DNA of 64,000 nucleotides from Anaerolineaceae bacterium (lineage in GTDB: Bacteria; Chloroflexota; Anaerolineae; Anaerolineales; UBA11657): NCBI GenBank assembly GCA_003569365.1, contig BGOS01000017.1:838-64837 (forward strand), written 5' to 3'. The notes under the pieces are model-generated. The model had not been told where the DNA came from and did no database searches. It was given only the letters and a program-made list of their open reading frames with translations. The position numbers and the translations under genes were made by a program. This document shows, one piece after another, positions 30,194 to 40,969 of this stretch; position 1 is the first letter of the stretch, and every line of letters starts with the position of its first letter.

Positions 30194-32605
30194 TCAGAGG
30201 GAAAGGCAGGCGGCGGCGCAGGCGTCGAGAATTGAAGCAGTATCGATGCCATGCGCGCGGTAGAGATCCGGCAAGCTGCCGCACTGGCCAAAGTGATCGA
30301 CACCCAGCGGGTACACGCGGTGGCGCGCAACGGAACCGAGCCACGAGAGCGTTGCAGGATGCGCATCCAACACTGTAACCAGCGTGGCCTGTGCCGCCAG
30401 TGGTGCCAGTAGCGTCTCAATATGCGCCGCTGGCGGAGTGGCGCCGCGCGCGCGCGCTTGCATAGTTGCACTCCAGTTGCCAAACAAGCGGTCGGGCGAT
30501 GTCACTGCCAGCAGCCCGGCGCCGGGCATGTCCTCCAGCAGCTGCTGGTGTGCGGCCGTCGCTTCCGGTGCAACCACGCCGCAGTAAACGATCACAAGCG
30601 GGCAGCCCGCTTCCGGCCGGCGCTGCCAGTAGGCCCCGCGCAAAATTCCATCCCGCAGAGCCGCATCCATTTCACGCACCGGCTGCTGCAGTGCGCGCGT
30701 GGAGAGGCGCAGGTAGAGCGAGCCACCATCTTCTGCCTGCATATACCCAAAGCCCCATTGCATGATCACCGCCAGCTCATCCACAAAAGCCGGGTCAAAT
30801 GACGCGAGCTTGTCCTGGCCCATTCCAATTAACGGCGTGGAGATGGATTGATGCGCGCCGCCCTCAGCCGCCAGCGAGATGCCGGACGGCGTAGCAACCA
30901 GCATGAAGCGCGCATCCTGGTATGCGGCGTAGTTCAGCGCGTCCAGCCCGCGCATGATGAACGGATCGTAAAGCGTGCCCACCGGCAGCAGCCGGCAGCC
31001 AAACAGCGGGCCGGCAAGCCCAAACGCGGCCAGCGCCAGAAACAAATTGTTCTCCGCGATGCCAAGCTCAATATGCTGGCCAGCTGGCGAAACCTGCCAG
31101 CGCTGCGCCGAAATAATTTGTTCAGCTTTGAATGTGTCAGTGCGCTCGCGCCGGTCAAAAATTCCGCGCCGGTTTACCCATGGCCCCAGATTGGTGGACA
31201 CCGTAACATCCGGCGATACGGTCACAACGCGCGCCGCAAACTCACCATCCGTGCGGCCCAGCTCGTTGAGGATGCGGCCAAACCCATCTTGGGTAGAGAG
31301 GCTGGGAGCGGATTGGTACGCCAGGGTTGGCGGCACTGCGACGGTTGGCGCTGCCGGCCGTTGGCTGCTGCCCAAAAAGTAAGGCACCTGCCGCAGATAG
31401 CTTTGCACGCGCTCCGCGGGCAGGCGCACTCCCGCCAGCGGCTCCCACTCCGCGCCGTCGGCAATACCCTGCGCCTGCTTGAACGCCGCCATTTGTGCCA
31501 CGCTCATCAGGCCGGAGTGATTGTCTTTGTGGCCGGCAAACGGCAGCCCCCAGCCTTTGATTGTGTAGGCAATGAAGCAGTGCGGCTGATCGCTATTCGC
31601 CGCGCCAAAGCCTTCAAGGATTGCCTCCAAATCATGCCCGGCAAGATTCGTCATCAGCGCATGCAGCGCAGCATCCGAATGCGCTGCCAGCAGCGCCTTG
31701 ATGCCCGGCTTACTGCCAAGGTCCTGCTGCAAGTGTTCGCGCCAGCTGGCACCGCCCTTGTACACCAGCGCGGAGTAAAGCGAGTTGGGGCAGTCATCAA
31801 TCCACTGGCGCAGGGCCGCGCCACCGGGCTGCGCAAACGCAGCCTGCAGCTTCTTGCCGTACTTGAGCACGGTCACCTGCCAGCCGGTGCTGCGAAAAAT
31901 ATCATCCACCCGGCCGAACAGGCGGTCGGTTACCACAGCATCCAAACTCTGGCGGTTGTAATCAATCACCCACCACAGGTTGCGCACATCGTGCTTCCAG
32001 CCCTCCAGCATGGCTTCAAACACATTGCCCTCGTCGAACTCGGCGTCACCCAACAGCGCCACCATGCGGCCGGGCGGCGTGCCCGTTGGCACCAGTTGCT
32101 TTAGCCGCAAGTAGTCCTGCGCCAACGCTGCAAACGTGGTCAGGCCAACAGGCAATCCCATTGAACCGCCGGAGAAATCCACAACCACTGTGTCTTTGGT
32201 GCGCGAGGGATAGGACTGCGCCCCACCCAGTGCGCGAAACTGCTCCAGCTTCTCGCGCGTCTGGCGGCCCATCAAATATTGGATGGCGTGGTAGGCCGGA
32301 CTGGAATGTGGCTTGACCGCGATGCGGTCGGCCGGGTTGAGGATGTGGAAGTAAAGCGCGGTCAGCAGGGTTACAGATGAAGCACTGGAAGCCTGATGGC
32401 CGCCAACCTTGAGGCCGTCAATGTTGGGGCGAATGTGGTTGGCGTTGTGCACCATCCACGTGGACAGCCACAGCACCTTGCGCTCCAGCTCTGCCAGCAC
32501 CTCAAGCTCCGCAGCCGACACAGCAGCGGTATGGGCGGCAACGGCTGGCTTACCGGTCGCGCGGCGCGGCGCTGCAGGTTTGGCGCGCGGAGCGCGGGTG
32601 CCCAT
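30194..32605 (-). CDS. Homodimeric-type 2-oxoacid dehydrogenase E1 / transketolase-like thiamine-diphosphate enzyme
   Basis: 803 aa with an AceE-like N-terminal pattern (ELERKVLWLSTWMVHNANH...GGHQASSASS), a ThDP motif (LLGDAEFDEGN) and a transketolase-like C-terminal part. No E2 or E3 gene is nearby. Confidence 0.65.
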   Translation of the reverse strand: MGTRAPRAKPAAPRRATGKPAVAAHTAAVSAAELEVLAELERKVLWLSTWMVHNANHIRPNIDGLKVGGHQASSASSVTLLTALYFHILNPADRIAVKPHSSPAYHAIQYLMGRQTREKLEQFRALGGAQSYPSRTKDTVVVDFSGGSMGLPVGLTTFAALAQDYLRLKQLVPTGTPPGRMVALLGDAEFDEGNVFEAMLEGWKHDVRNLWWVIDYNRQSLDAVVTDRLFGRVDDIFRSTGWQVTVLKYGKKLQAAFAQPGGAALRQWIDDCPNSLYSALVYKGGASWREHLQQDLGSKPGIKALLAAHSDAALHALMTNLAGHDLEAILEGFGAANSDQPHCFIAYTIKGWGLPFAGHKDNHSGLMSVAQMAAFKQAQGIADGAEWEPLAGVRLPAERVQSYLRQVPYFLGSSQRPAAPTVAVPPTLAYQSAPSLSTQDGFGRILNELGRTDGEFAARVVTVSPDVTVSTNLGPWVNRRGIFDRRERTDTFKAEQIISAQRWQVSPAGQHIELGIAENNLFLALAAFGLAGPLFGCRLLPVGTLYDPFIMRGLDALNYAAYQDARFMLVATPSGISLAAEGGAHQSISTPLIGMGQDKLASFDPAFVDELAVIMQWGFGYMQAEDGGSLYLRLSTRALQQPVREMDAALRDGILRGAYWQRRPEAGCPLVIVYCGVVAPEATAAHQQLLEDMPGAGLLAVTSPDRLFGNWSATMQARARGATPPAAHIETLLAPLAAQATLVTVLDAHPATLSWLGSVARHRVYPLGVDHFGQCGSLPDLYRAHGIDTASILDACAAACLSL

Positions 32606-32611
32606 CAGGAA

Positions 32612-32617
32612 ATTTTA
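32612..32617 (-). promoter_or_regulatory. Candidate -10 box (TAAAAT), 6 nt upstream of the E1 ATG
   Basis: In the minus sense the sequence reads GCTAAAATTTCCTGATG. The spacing predicts a leaderless or near-leaderless mRNA. Confidence 0.3.
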
Positions 32618-32694
32618 GCAGCTGGCGTTGAACTATATGAGTTGCGCAAACATGGCATGCTGCGGTGGAGCGAGCCCCGCTGACTGCCACCGCT

Positions 32695-35600
32695 TCAGCG
32701 CTGGTGGTAATCCTGCAGCGCACACACCGTCGGCACACCACCGGCCTGCTCCGCCATGCCCTGCGCCACCGCCAGCGCAGCCGCAATTGTCGTCACCAAC
32801 GGCACATGCTTCGTATTTGCGGCCCGCCGAATTGCCTGCCCGTCCGAGCGCGGTCCGCTGCCGCGCGGTGTATTCACAACGAAGTTGATTTCGCCGCACT
32901 CAATTAGTTCAACCGCATTGCGGCCCGCGCCGGGGCCGGAAGCGGCAAGTCTGGGGATCACGCGATCCACCGCCTCGCCGAAGCGCGCCAGATATTCGGC
33001 AGTGCCGCTTGTGGCCATGAGCGCCAGCCCAAGTTGGCGCAAGCGGCGCGCCACCACCAAACCGGCCGGCTTGTCACGATCGGCCAACGACAGGAACACC
33101 GTTCCGCTTGCAGGCAGCACTGTGCCGGCAGCAGTCTGTGCCTTGAGGAAGGCGCGGCCGAACGTCGTGTCAATACCCATCACCTCGCCGGTCGAGCGCA
33201 TCTCGGGGCCAAGCACCGCGTCCACATCTGGAAAGCGCTTGAGCGGCAGCACGGCTTCCTTTACCGAAACATGCCGCCCGCTTACCGGCGCTGTGAGCAC
33301 TCCCGCTGCGCGCAATTCTTGCAGCGAAGCACCCAGCATCACCCGGCTGGCAATTTTGGCAAGCGGCACGCCGGTGGCCTTGGCCACAAATGGCACTGTA
33401 CGGCTGGCACGCGGGTTGGCTTCAATGACATATACCGTGGTGCCGGCCACGGCAAACTGGACATTCACCAGCCCGCGCACATCCAGCGCTGCCGCAATGG
33501 CGCGCGTGTATGCGCTGATCACCTCAATCACCCAGGGCTGCAGCGTTTGCGGCGGAATGGCGCAGGCCGAGTCGCCGGAATGCACGCCAGCTTCCTCCAC
33601 GTGTTCCATCACGCCCCCAATCAGCACTGCGCCCGTGTGGTCGCGGATTGCATCCACATCCACCTCAATCGCATCCTCCAGAAAACGGTCCACCAATACC
33701 GGCCGCTCCGCCGTCAGCCCGCCCTCGGCGCGCAAGCTGCCACGCGGCCCCAGCTCTTCCATGGCGCGCGAGAGCTGCGCGCCATCATGCACAATGCGCA
33801 TGGCGCGGCCACCCAGCACATAGCTGGGGCGCAGCAGCACCGGGTAGCCCACGCGCTCCGCCACCGCCAGCGCCTCGCGTTCTGTGAGCGCCGTGCCACC
33901 GGGGGGCTGCGGAATGGCCAGCTGGCTGCACAGCGCATTCCAGCGCTCGCGGTCTTCAGCCAGATCGATGGCAGCGGGTGCGGTGCCGGCAACCAGCCCG
34001 GGCGGCAGCAGCCCGGCCAGTTTCAACGGCGTCTGTCCGCCCAGGCTCACGATCACCTTGGGAGCCACGCCGCCCGCGGCTGCCGTTTCCACCGCAATCA
34101 CATTCAGCACATCCTCCAGCGTCAACGGCTCAAAGTACAAGCGGTCCGCTGTATCGTAATCCGTAGAGACCGTCTCAGGATTGCAATTGATCATCACGGT
34201 TTCATAGCCGGCTGCGCGCAGCGCAAAACTGGCATGCACGCAGCAATAATCAAACTCAATGCCCTGCCCGATGCGGTTGGGGCCGCTGCCCAAAATTACA
34301 ACTGCCGGTCGATGCGTGGCGCGCACTTCATTCTCATCTTCATATGCGGAATAGTGGTACGGCGTATCTGCAGCAAATTCCGCAGCGCATGTGTCCACCG
34401 TTTTAAACACCGCGCACACGCCTGCTTCCAGGCGCGCCGCGCGCACCAGCGCCTCTGGCTGCTGCCACAAGTAGCCCAACTGGGCATCGGAAAACCCCAG
34501 CCGCTTGGCGCGCCGCCAACCGGCAGCGCTAATGGCCGGCAGGCTTGTAGCCGCCAGCGCTGCGCGCTCATCAATAATCATTTGCATCTGGTCTAAAAAC
34601 CACGGATCAATAGCCGAGGCTGCATGCACCTGCTGCAATGAGATGCCACGCCGCAAACATTCGCCAACTTCAAAGATGCGCTCCGGCGTGGCCTGCGCCA
34701 CGGCAGCCAGCAGCGCTGCATCGCTAAGCGCAGCCAGTGCCAGCTCGCCAGCATCGCAGTTCAAGCCCATGCGCCCCTGCTCCAGTGCGCGCAAAGCTTT
34801 TTGCAAACTCTCCGGAAATGTGCGCCCGATCGCCATCACCTCGCCCACACTTTGCATCTGCGTGCCAAGGCGCCGGCTGATGCCGGGCAGTTTCTCGAAC
34901 GCCCAGCGCGGAATCTTCGTCACCACATAATCCAGCACCGGCTCAAAACTGGCGGGCGTCTTAAGTGTGATGTCATTGGGAATTTCATCCAGCGTGTAGC
35001 CCACCGCCAGCTTCGCAGCAATCTTTGCAATCGGGAATCCAGTTGCCTTGGATGCCAGCGCGGACGAGCGCGACACGCGCGGGTTCATCTCAATGATCAC
35101 CTGCTCGCCCGTGGCAGGGTTCACCGCAAACTGCACGTTGGAGCCGCCTGTCTCAACGCCCACGCGCCGGATGCACGCAAACGCCGCGTTGCGCATTTGC
35201 TGGTACTCAACATCGGACAGCGTTTGCTGCGGCGCCACCGTGATCGAGTCGCCGGTATGCACGCCCATCGGGTCCAGATTTTCAATGGAGCACACGATGA
35301 CGCAGTTGTCCGCGCTGTCCCGCATCACCTCCAGCTCGTACTCCTTCCAGCCCGCGATGCTGCGCTCAACTAATATTTCGCCAATCGGGCTGGCTGCCAG
35401 CCCGGTGGCGGCAGCCGCCAGCAGCTCCGCCTCGGTTGCTGCCAGCGCCGTGCCTTGTCCGCCCAAAATGTACGCCGGGCGCAAAATCACCGGCAGCCCG
35501 ATCTCACGCACCACCGCCAAGGCTTCCGCCACCGTGCGCGCAATCCCACTTGGCGGCACCTGCAGCCCAATCTCCAGCATCGCGCGCCGGAACTGGTCGC

Positions 35601-35988
35601 GGTCTTCGGCCGTGGCAATTGCCGCTGCGTTTGCGCCAATTAATTCCGGCGTGCCGGGGACGCCGGCCAGCCCGCGCGCATGCAGCTCCATCGCAAGGTT
35701 GAGGCCGGTTTGTCCGCCCAGTGTGGGCAGGATCGCGTCGGGCCGTTCGCGTTCGATGATGCGCGCCAGCACATCCACTGTGAGCGGCTCAATATATGTG
35801 CGGTCTGCAAACTCCGGGTCGGTCATGATGGTGGCGGGGTTGGAGTTGACGAGCACAACGCGGAAGCCCTCGCTGCGCAGTGCGCGGCAGGCCTGCACCC
35901 CGGAGTAATCAAACTCGCACGCCTGCCCGATCACAATCGGGCCGGAGCCAATGATCAGGATGGATTCAATATCAGTGCGGCGCGGCAT
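32695..35988 (-). CDS. carB: Carbamoyl-phosphate synthase large subunit
   Basis: 1097 aa with duplicated ATP-grasp halves and a characteristic N-terminus ([21 protein letters not shown]). Confidence 0.97.
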   Translation of the reverse strand: MPRRTDIESILIIGSGPIVIGQACEFDYSGVQACRALRSEGFRVVLVNSNPATIMTDPEFADRTYIEPLTVDVLARIIERERPDAILPTLGGQTGLNLAMELHARGLAGVPGTPELIGANAAAIATAEDRDQFRRAMLEIGLQVPPSGIARTVAEALAVVREIGLPVILRPAYILGGQGTALAATEAELLAAAATGLAASPIGEILVERSIAGWKEYELEVMRDSADNCVIVCSIENLDPMGVHTGDSITVAPQQTLSDVEYQQMRNAAFACIRRVGVETGGSNVQFAVNPATGEQVIIEMNPRVSRSSALASKATGFPIAKIAAKLAVGYTLDEIPNDITLKTPASFEPVLDYVVTKIPRWAFEKLPGISRRLGTQMQSVGEVMAIGRTFPESLQKALRALEQGRMGLNCDAGELALAALSDAALLAAVAQATPERIFEVGECLRRGISLQQVHAASAIDPWFLDQMQMIIDERAALAATSLPAISAAGWRRAKRLGFSDAQLGYLWQQPEALVRAARLEAGVCAVFKTVDTCAAEFAADTPYHYSAYEDENEVRATHRPAVVILGSGPNRIGQGIEFDYCCVHASFALRAAGYETVMINCNPETVSTDYDTADRLYFEPLTLEDVLNVIAVETAAAGGVAPKVIVSLGGQTPLKLAGLLPPGLVAGTAPAAIDLAEDRERWNALCSQLAIPQPPGGTALTEREALAVAERVGYPVLLRPSYVLGGRAMRIVHDGAQLSRAMEELGPRGSLRAEGGLTAERPVLVDRFLEDAIEVDVDAIRDHTGAVLIGGVMEHVEEAGVHSGDSACAIPPQTLQPWVIEVISAYTRAIAAALDVRGLVNVQFAVAGTTVYVIEANPRASRTVPFVAKATGVPLAKIASRVMLGASLQELRAAGVLTAPVSGRHVSVKEAVLPLKRFPDVDAVLGPEMRSTGEVMGIDTTFGRAFLKAQTAAGTVLPASGTVFLSLADRDKPAGLVVARRLRQLGLALMATSGTAEYLARFGEAVDRVIPRLAASGPGAGRNAVELIECGEINFVVNTPRGSGPRSDGQAIRRAANTKHVPLVTTIAAALAVAQGMAEQAGGVPTVCALQDYHQR

Positions 35989-37079
35989 CAGCGCTCCCGC
36001 AGCATGTTAAAAAATTCTGCAAAGAGGTAACGCGCATCATGCGGTCCCGGGCCGGCCTCCGGGTGATATTGCACACTGAAGGCGCGCCGGCCGCGCAAGC
36101 GCAGGCCTTCGTTGGTTTGGTCGTTGAGGTTGATGTGCGTTGCATCGGCCACCGCTGCAAGCGACTCGGTTTGCACGCAGAAGTTGTGGTTTTGACTGGT
36201 GATCTCCACACGCCCGGTGCGCAGATTGCGCACCGGATGGTTGGCGCCATGATGGCCAAATGGCAGCTTGAAGACGCGCGCACCGTGCGCCAGCGCCAGC
36301 AGCTGATGCCCAAGGCAGATGCCAAACACCGGCACACCCGCTGCCACAATTTCGCGGATTGTTTGCGGCGCGCCGGCTACCAGCTCCGGATCCCCGGGCC
36401 CGTTTGACAGGAAAACGCCATCCGGGCGCAGCTGCAAAATCTCAGCCGCCGTTGCGTACGCCGGCAGCACTTGCACGGTGGCATCCGCAGCCATGCAGCG
36501 CAAGATGCTTTGCTTGATGCCGTAGTCAATTGCCACCACATTGAGCGCACCACTGCCGGCGGTGTAGCGCTGCGCGGTGGTCACCTGCGCCACCAGATTC
36601 ACACCAGCCGTGCCGGGCTCGGCGCTGGCGGCTGCGCGCAGCACTCCCACTGCAGCCGTGCCAAAGGCGCCGGGCATTGCGCCCGCTGCGCGCAGCACAC
36701 GCGTCAGGCGGCGCGTGTCAATGCCCGCAATGCCGGGCACGTTGTGATGCCGCAGCAGCGCATCGAGGTCGCCTGTGCTGCGCCAGCTGCTGCGCCGGCG
36801 TGCCAGATCCCGCACCACAATCCCGCGTGCAAACGGGCGGCGCGCCTCGTCATCAGCGGCCACCACACCATAGTTGCCAATATGCGGGCTGGTAAACGAG
36901 ATGATCTGCCCGGCATAAGATGGGTCGGTGAGAATTTCCTGGTAGCCGGTGCTCGCGGTATTGAACACCACTTCGCCAGACACCACGCCACCGGGCGCGT
37001 CTGCGCCAATGGCTTCGCCCTCGAATAGCGTTCCATCTGCCAGCACCAGCAACGCGGGGCGCACTTCATTCATCGGCAT
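35988..37079 (-). CDS. carA: Carbamoyl-phosphate synthase small (glutaminase) subunit
   Basis: 363 aa with the GATase catalytic GICLGHQ and HGANHPV. It overlaps the carB start by 1 nt. Confidence 0.95.
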   Translation of the reverse strand: MPMNEVRPALLVLADGTLFEGEAIGADAPGGVVSGEVVFNTASTGYQEILTDPSYAGQIISFTSPHIGNYGVVAADDEARRPFARGIVVRDLARRRSSWRSTGDLDALLRHHNVPGIAGIDTRRLTRVLRAAGAMPGAFGTAAVGVLRAAASAEPGTAGVNLVAQVTTAQRYTAGSGALNVVAIDYGIKQSILRCMAADATVQVLPAYATAAEILQLRPDGVFLSNGPGDPELVAGAPQTIREIVAAGVPVFGICLGHQLLALAHGARVFKLPFGHHGANHPVRNLRTGRVEITSQNHNFCVQTESLAAVADATHINLNDQTNEGLRLRGRRAFSVQYHPEAGPGPHDARYLFAEFFNMLRER

Positions 37080-37266
37080 GCCGCGCGGGCCGTCGTTGGT
37101 GGCTTTATATTAATTTTTAACTTCACGGGCGGGTTTTGCGGGCGCGCTGAATTATATGTAACCCGCAGGTTTTGTGGGGCGCAAGTTAGAATGTGAGCGG
37201 GGAAATCTGGCGGGCGGGCGCGGCGCGCACAGCCTCAGAAACATTTCGGGCGCAAGGAGCAGCACA

Positions 37267-38255
37267 ATGCAAAAGGTTCGCTGGGGAATTTTGAGCACGG
37301 CAAAAATTGGCACGCTGAAGGTGATACCAGCGATGCAACTTGGGCAGCACAGCGAAGTGGTGGCAATTGGCTCGCGCTCGGCAGCCGCCGCCGGGCAGGC
37401 AGCTGCCGAGCTTGGGATTGCACGCAGCCACGGCAGCTACGAAGCACTGCTCGCCGACCCGCAAGTGGAGGCCGTCTACAACCCGCTGCCCAATCATCTG
37501 CATGTGCCGTGGTCCATCAAGGCGCTGGAGGCGGGCAAGCATGTGCTGTGCGAGAAGCCGATTGCGTTGACCGCCGCCGAAGGCCAGCTGCTGGTGGACG
37601 CCGGGCGCCGCCACCCGCACTTGAAGCTGATGGAGGCCTTCATGTACCGCCACCACCCGCAGTGGCTGCGCGCGCAGGCGCTGGTGCGCGCGGGCGCAAT
37701 TGGCACGCTGCGCACAATTCATTCGTTCTTCTCATATCACAACGATGACGCGCACAACATCCGCAACATGGCAGACATCGGCGGCGGCGGCCTCATGGAC
37801 ATCGGCTGCTACAACATCTCGCTGGCGCGCTTTATTTTTGGCGCCGAGCCGAGCCGCGCGTGCGGCCTGGTGGAATACGACCCGCAGTTTAAAACCGACC
37901 GGCTGGCTTCCGGCATGCTGGACTTTGGCGCCGGCAGCGCCACCTTCACCTGCTCCACGCAGCTCGCGCCGTTTCAGCGCGCCAGCATGTACGGCACAAC
38001 CGGCAGCGTCACAATCGAGATCCCTTCAACGCGCCGCCCGACCGCCCGTGCAAACTGTGGCACCAGCACGCCGGCGGCACCGACGAGATTGTGTTTGAAA
38101 CCTGCGACCAATACACGCTGCAGGGCGACTTGTTCTCGCTGGCAGTGCGCAACAACACGCCGGTGCCCACGCCCATCGAAGATGCAGTGGCCAACATGCG
38201 CGTGATCGAGGCAGTGGTGCACAGCGCAAAGACCGGCCGCTGGATCGACCTGTAG
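37267..38255 (+). CDS. Gfo/Idh/MocA-family oxidoreductase, with one frame break
   Basis: MQKVRWGILSTAKIG...CEKP NAD-binding fold, with AAGGAG SD upstream. After ...VTIEI the family-like C-terminus (PFNAPPDRPCKLWHQH...VANMRVIEAVVHSAKTGRWIDL) continues in the +1 frame. The break is at the C run 38022-38024. Confidence 0.8.
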
Positions 38256-38306
38256 CAATGGGTGCAATGCTGCCGGTTCCACAAGCTGTTGCCCGCCGCG
38301 CTTAAT

Positions 38307-39266
38307 ATGCAAGCGCCAACTTTTACCGACGTGCTCGCTGCGCAGAAAAATATTGCGCCGCATCTGCCGCGCACACCGCTCTTCAATTACCCGGCGCTTG
38401 ACCGCGCCACGGGATTGGAGCTGTACGTAAAGCATGAGAACTACCATCCCATTGGCGCCTTCAAAGTGCGCGGCGGCATCAACCTGATTTCGCAGCTGCC
38501 GGCGGACGAGCGCCGGCGCGGCGTGATTGCTGCCTCCACCGGAAATCATGGCCAGTCGATTGCCTATGCGGCGCGGCTGTTTGGCGTGCCGGCCACGATT
38601 GTGGTGCCGGAAGGCGCGAACGAAGTCAAAGTGCAAGCCATGGACGCACTCGGTGCCACGATTGTGCACCACGGTGCGGACTTTGATGCTGCCCGCGAAC
38701 ATTGCGAAATCCTGGCGCAAGAACGACAGCTGCGCTACGTGCACAGCGGCGATGAACCGCATCTGATTGCCGGCGTGGGCACGCACACGCTGGAGATCCT
38801 GCAGGTGGAACCGCACACCCAGACGGTGATTGTGCCAATTGGCGGCGGCAGCGGCGCTGCGGGCGCTTGCATTGCAGCCAAGGCCATCAACCCGCAGGTT
38901 CGCGTCATCGGCGTGCAAGCCGAGACGGCGCCCGCTGCCTACAAATCATGGCGGCAGCGCGCGCTGCTGGCAGACACCACCGCCACCTTTGCAGAAGGGC
39001 TGGCAACGCGCAGCGCTTTTGCACTGCCGCAGCAAATATTGTGGGAGCTGCTGGATGACTTTATGCTGGTGAGCGACGCCGAGATGCGCGCTGCAATTGT
39101 GCTGCTGCTGCAAACTGCAAAAACGCTGGCAGAGCCGGCTGGCGCTGCACCGCTGGCAGCAGCCCTCAAACTAGCGCCCGCAATGCGCACTGGAAAAATT
39201 GCGGTGATCCTGAGCGGTGGCAACATCACACCCGCGCAGCTGGCGCAGGTACTGGCAGGCGCATAA
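38307..39266 (+). CDS. PLP-dependent threonine/serine dehydratase
   Basis: The start is taken at MQAPTF. The PLP-lysine motif is HPIGAFKVRGG, and the glycine loop is GGGSGAAG. Confidence 0.85.
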   Translation: MQAPTFTDVLAAQKNIAPHLPRTPLFNYPALDRATGLELYVKHENYHPIGAFKVRGGINLISQLPADERRRGVIAASTGNHGQSIAYAARLFGVPATIVVPEGANEVKVQAMDALGATIVHHGADFDAAREHCEILAQERQLRYVHSGDEPHLIAGVGTHTLEILQVEPHTQTVIVPIGGGSGAAGACIAAKAINPQVRVIGVQAETAPAAYKSWRQRALLADTTATFAEGLATRSAFALPQQILWELLDDFMLVSDAEMRAAIVLLLQTAKTLAEPAGAAPLAAALKLAPAMRTGKIAVILSGGNITPAQLAQVLAGA

Positions 39267-39339
39267 ATCAACCAACAGTGCCGGCCAGTCCGCACAGCCG
39301 GGCAGATTACAATTCTCTTCTTTTCACAGGAGCACAAAC

Positions 39340-39687
39340 ATGGAAATCAAACGCCACAAGATGGGACCGCGCCTCAGCCAGGCGGTTGTGCACAACAACA
39401 CCGCGTGGCTGGCGGGCATGGTAGCCAGTGATGCCAGCGCCGGCGTTCAGGCACAAACCGAGCAGATCCTCAAACAGATTGATGAGACACTGGCGGCTGT
39501 GGGCAGCGACAAATCAAAACTGTTGTCGGCCACTATTTATCTTTCGAACATTGCCGGGTTCAACGAGATGAATGTGGCATGGGAGGCATGGGTGGACAAG
39601 CGCAATCCGCCAGCCCGCGCCACGGTTGAGGCGCGTCTGGCCGCGCCGCAATACCTGGTGGAGATCATGTGCACCGCTGCTGTTTGA
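39340..39687 (+). CDS. RidA/YjgF-family reactive-intermediate deaminase
   Basis: 115 aa from ATG 39340, preceded by AGGAG. The pattern is typical of the family (...ATIYLSNIAGFNEMNVAW..., PARATVEA). Confidence 0.8.
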   Translation: MEIKRHKMGPRLSQAVVHNNTAWLAGMVASDASAGVQAQTEQILKQIDETLAAVGSDKSKLLSATIYLSNIAGFNEMNVAWEAWVDKRNPPARATVEARLAAPQYLVEIMCTAAV

Positions 39688-39754
39688 AGCAGCCAAACAT
39701 TTAGCGCATCATTTTTCGGGCCCGCGCCATGGCGCGCGGAATTTGAATCAAGTG

Positions 39755-39793
39755 GCTGCTGGCCGGGCACAACAATCGCGCGCGGCCAGCAGC
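39755..39793. terminator. 11-bp GC stem-loop between convergent genes
   Basis: GCTGCTGGCCG (39755-39765) pairs with CGGCCAGCAGC (39783-39793) around a 17-nt loop. It lies between the RidA stop and the M20 stop. There is no U tract. Confidence 0.3.
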
Positions 39794-39821
39794 TCAATGC
39801 GAAAGGTTGCGTTCTTGCGCG

Positions 39822-40946
39822 CTACGCGCAGACTGCGCTGATAAATTTCTCGTAGATGGGCACGGCGCGCTGCAACTGCTCGATCTCCACCCATTCGCCA
39901 ATGGTATGCGCCTGCGCAATATTTCCCGGCCCCAATATTAACAGCGGCACATGCGCTTGAAACACCAGCGCGTCCGTCCCGTATGGCACCGTTGCGGCAT
40001 CCAAACCGGTTAGCTGCTCGCCCAAACGAATTACCGGCGCACTGCGCGGCGTATCCACCGCTTCCCATCCGCCGGTCTCCACCTCAAAGCCATGCGCCTG
40101 CGCGCGCGCGCAAATATGATCCTGCACCTCAGCCGTTGCCACGGCTGGCATCGTGCGAAAATTAAATTGCGCCACCGTCTTGGCAGCCGTCACATTCGCG
40201 GGGCACCCGCCGTCATCAATGGTAATGTTGAAGCCGTTGGTTGGCGGCTGAAAGTCCGCATCCATAAAGCGCCGATCCGTTTTGAATTGCCGGGCATACT
40301 CTGTAATTTCCGCCAGCAGCGGCGCAAGCAGAATGGTGGCGGAAATGCCGGTATCCATGCTGGTGTGCGCTGCCACGCCGCGCGCTGTTACGGTAATCTG
40401 GCAGGCGCCTTTGTGGGCGCGCACTGGTATCAGGCGCGTCGGCTCCGCAATCACGCCCATGTCCGGCCAATTACCTTTCAGCAACTGCGATTCGGCAGCG
40501 ACTTGTTTGGCGCCGCCAAAACCCACCTCCTCATCGGCCGTGATCACAATCACAACCGGCTTGGCCAGCGGCTTGGCGCGCATCGCAGCCACGATCGTTG
40601 CGGCCAGCGGGCCTTTCATGTCGCAGCTCGCGCGCCCGTAAATTTTTCCATCCTTGACTACCGGATTCCATGGCTCCCACTCGCCCGGTTGCCCGGGCAC
40701 AGTGTCTATGTGAGAAAAGAAACCCGCACCCCCGCGGCCGCGGCCCTTGCGCGCAACAATGCTCACTTTGGACTGGCCGGCAGCATCCAGATATTGCAGC
40801 CATTCCACCTCAAAGCCGCCCTGCCGCAGCAGCGCCTGCAAATGCTCACAAATCACGGCGTTGCTGCTGCCGCTCTCGGATGGAATGGCAACCAGCTCCC
40901 GGGTGAGCGCCACAACCGCCGCGTCCGCATCGGTCCATGTATGCAT
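39822..40946 (-). CDS. M20-family metallopeptidase (ArgE/DapE/dipeptidase-like)
   Basis: 374 aa with LVAIPSESG and FFSHIDTVP metal-ligand regions. It starts 24 nt after the upstream permease gene. Confidence 0.8.
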   Translation of the reverse strand: MHTWTDADAAVVALTRELVAIPSESGSSNAVICEHLQALLRQGGFEVEWLQYLDAAGQSKVSIVARKGRGRGGAGFFSHIDTVPGQPGEWEPWNPVVKDGKIYGRASCDMKGPLAATIVAAMRAKPLAKPVVIVITADEEVGFGGAKQVAAESQLLKGNWPDMGVIAEPTRLIPVRAHKGACQITVTARGVAAHTSMDTGISATILLAPLLAEITEYARQFKTDRRFMDADFQPPTNGFNITIDDGGCPANVTAAKTVAQFNFRTMPAVATAEVQDHICARAQAHGFEVETGGWEAVDTPRSAPVIRLGEQLTGLDAATVPYGTDALVFQAHVPLLILGPGNIAQAHTIGEWVEIEQLQRAVPIYEKFISAVCA

Positions 40947-40969
40947 AATGCCCCCCGTTTACTGCACGC

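Noticed and set aside
30194-30196. The TGA stop of the E1 gene is in frame with the following 95 open codons, which raised the possibility of read-through or Sec.
   Set aside because: The E1 protein ends where the family normally ends. GC content changes abruptly at the stop, there is no Cys/Sec context or SECIS-like hairpin, and being in frame has a one-in-three chance.
39727-39740. The 14-bp perfect palindrome CGCGCCATGGCGCG downstream of the RidA gene, considered as a terminator or operator.
   Set aside because: It has no loop for a stable hairpin and contains only CG and NcoI-like symmetry, which is common in high-GC DNA. The neighbouring 11-bp stem-loop (39755-39793) is the better, though still weak, terminator candidate.
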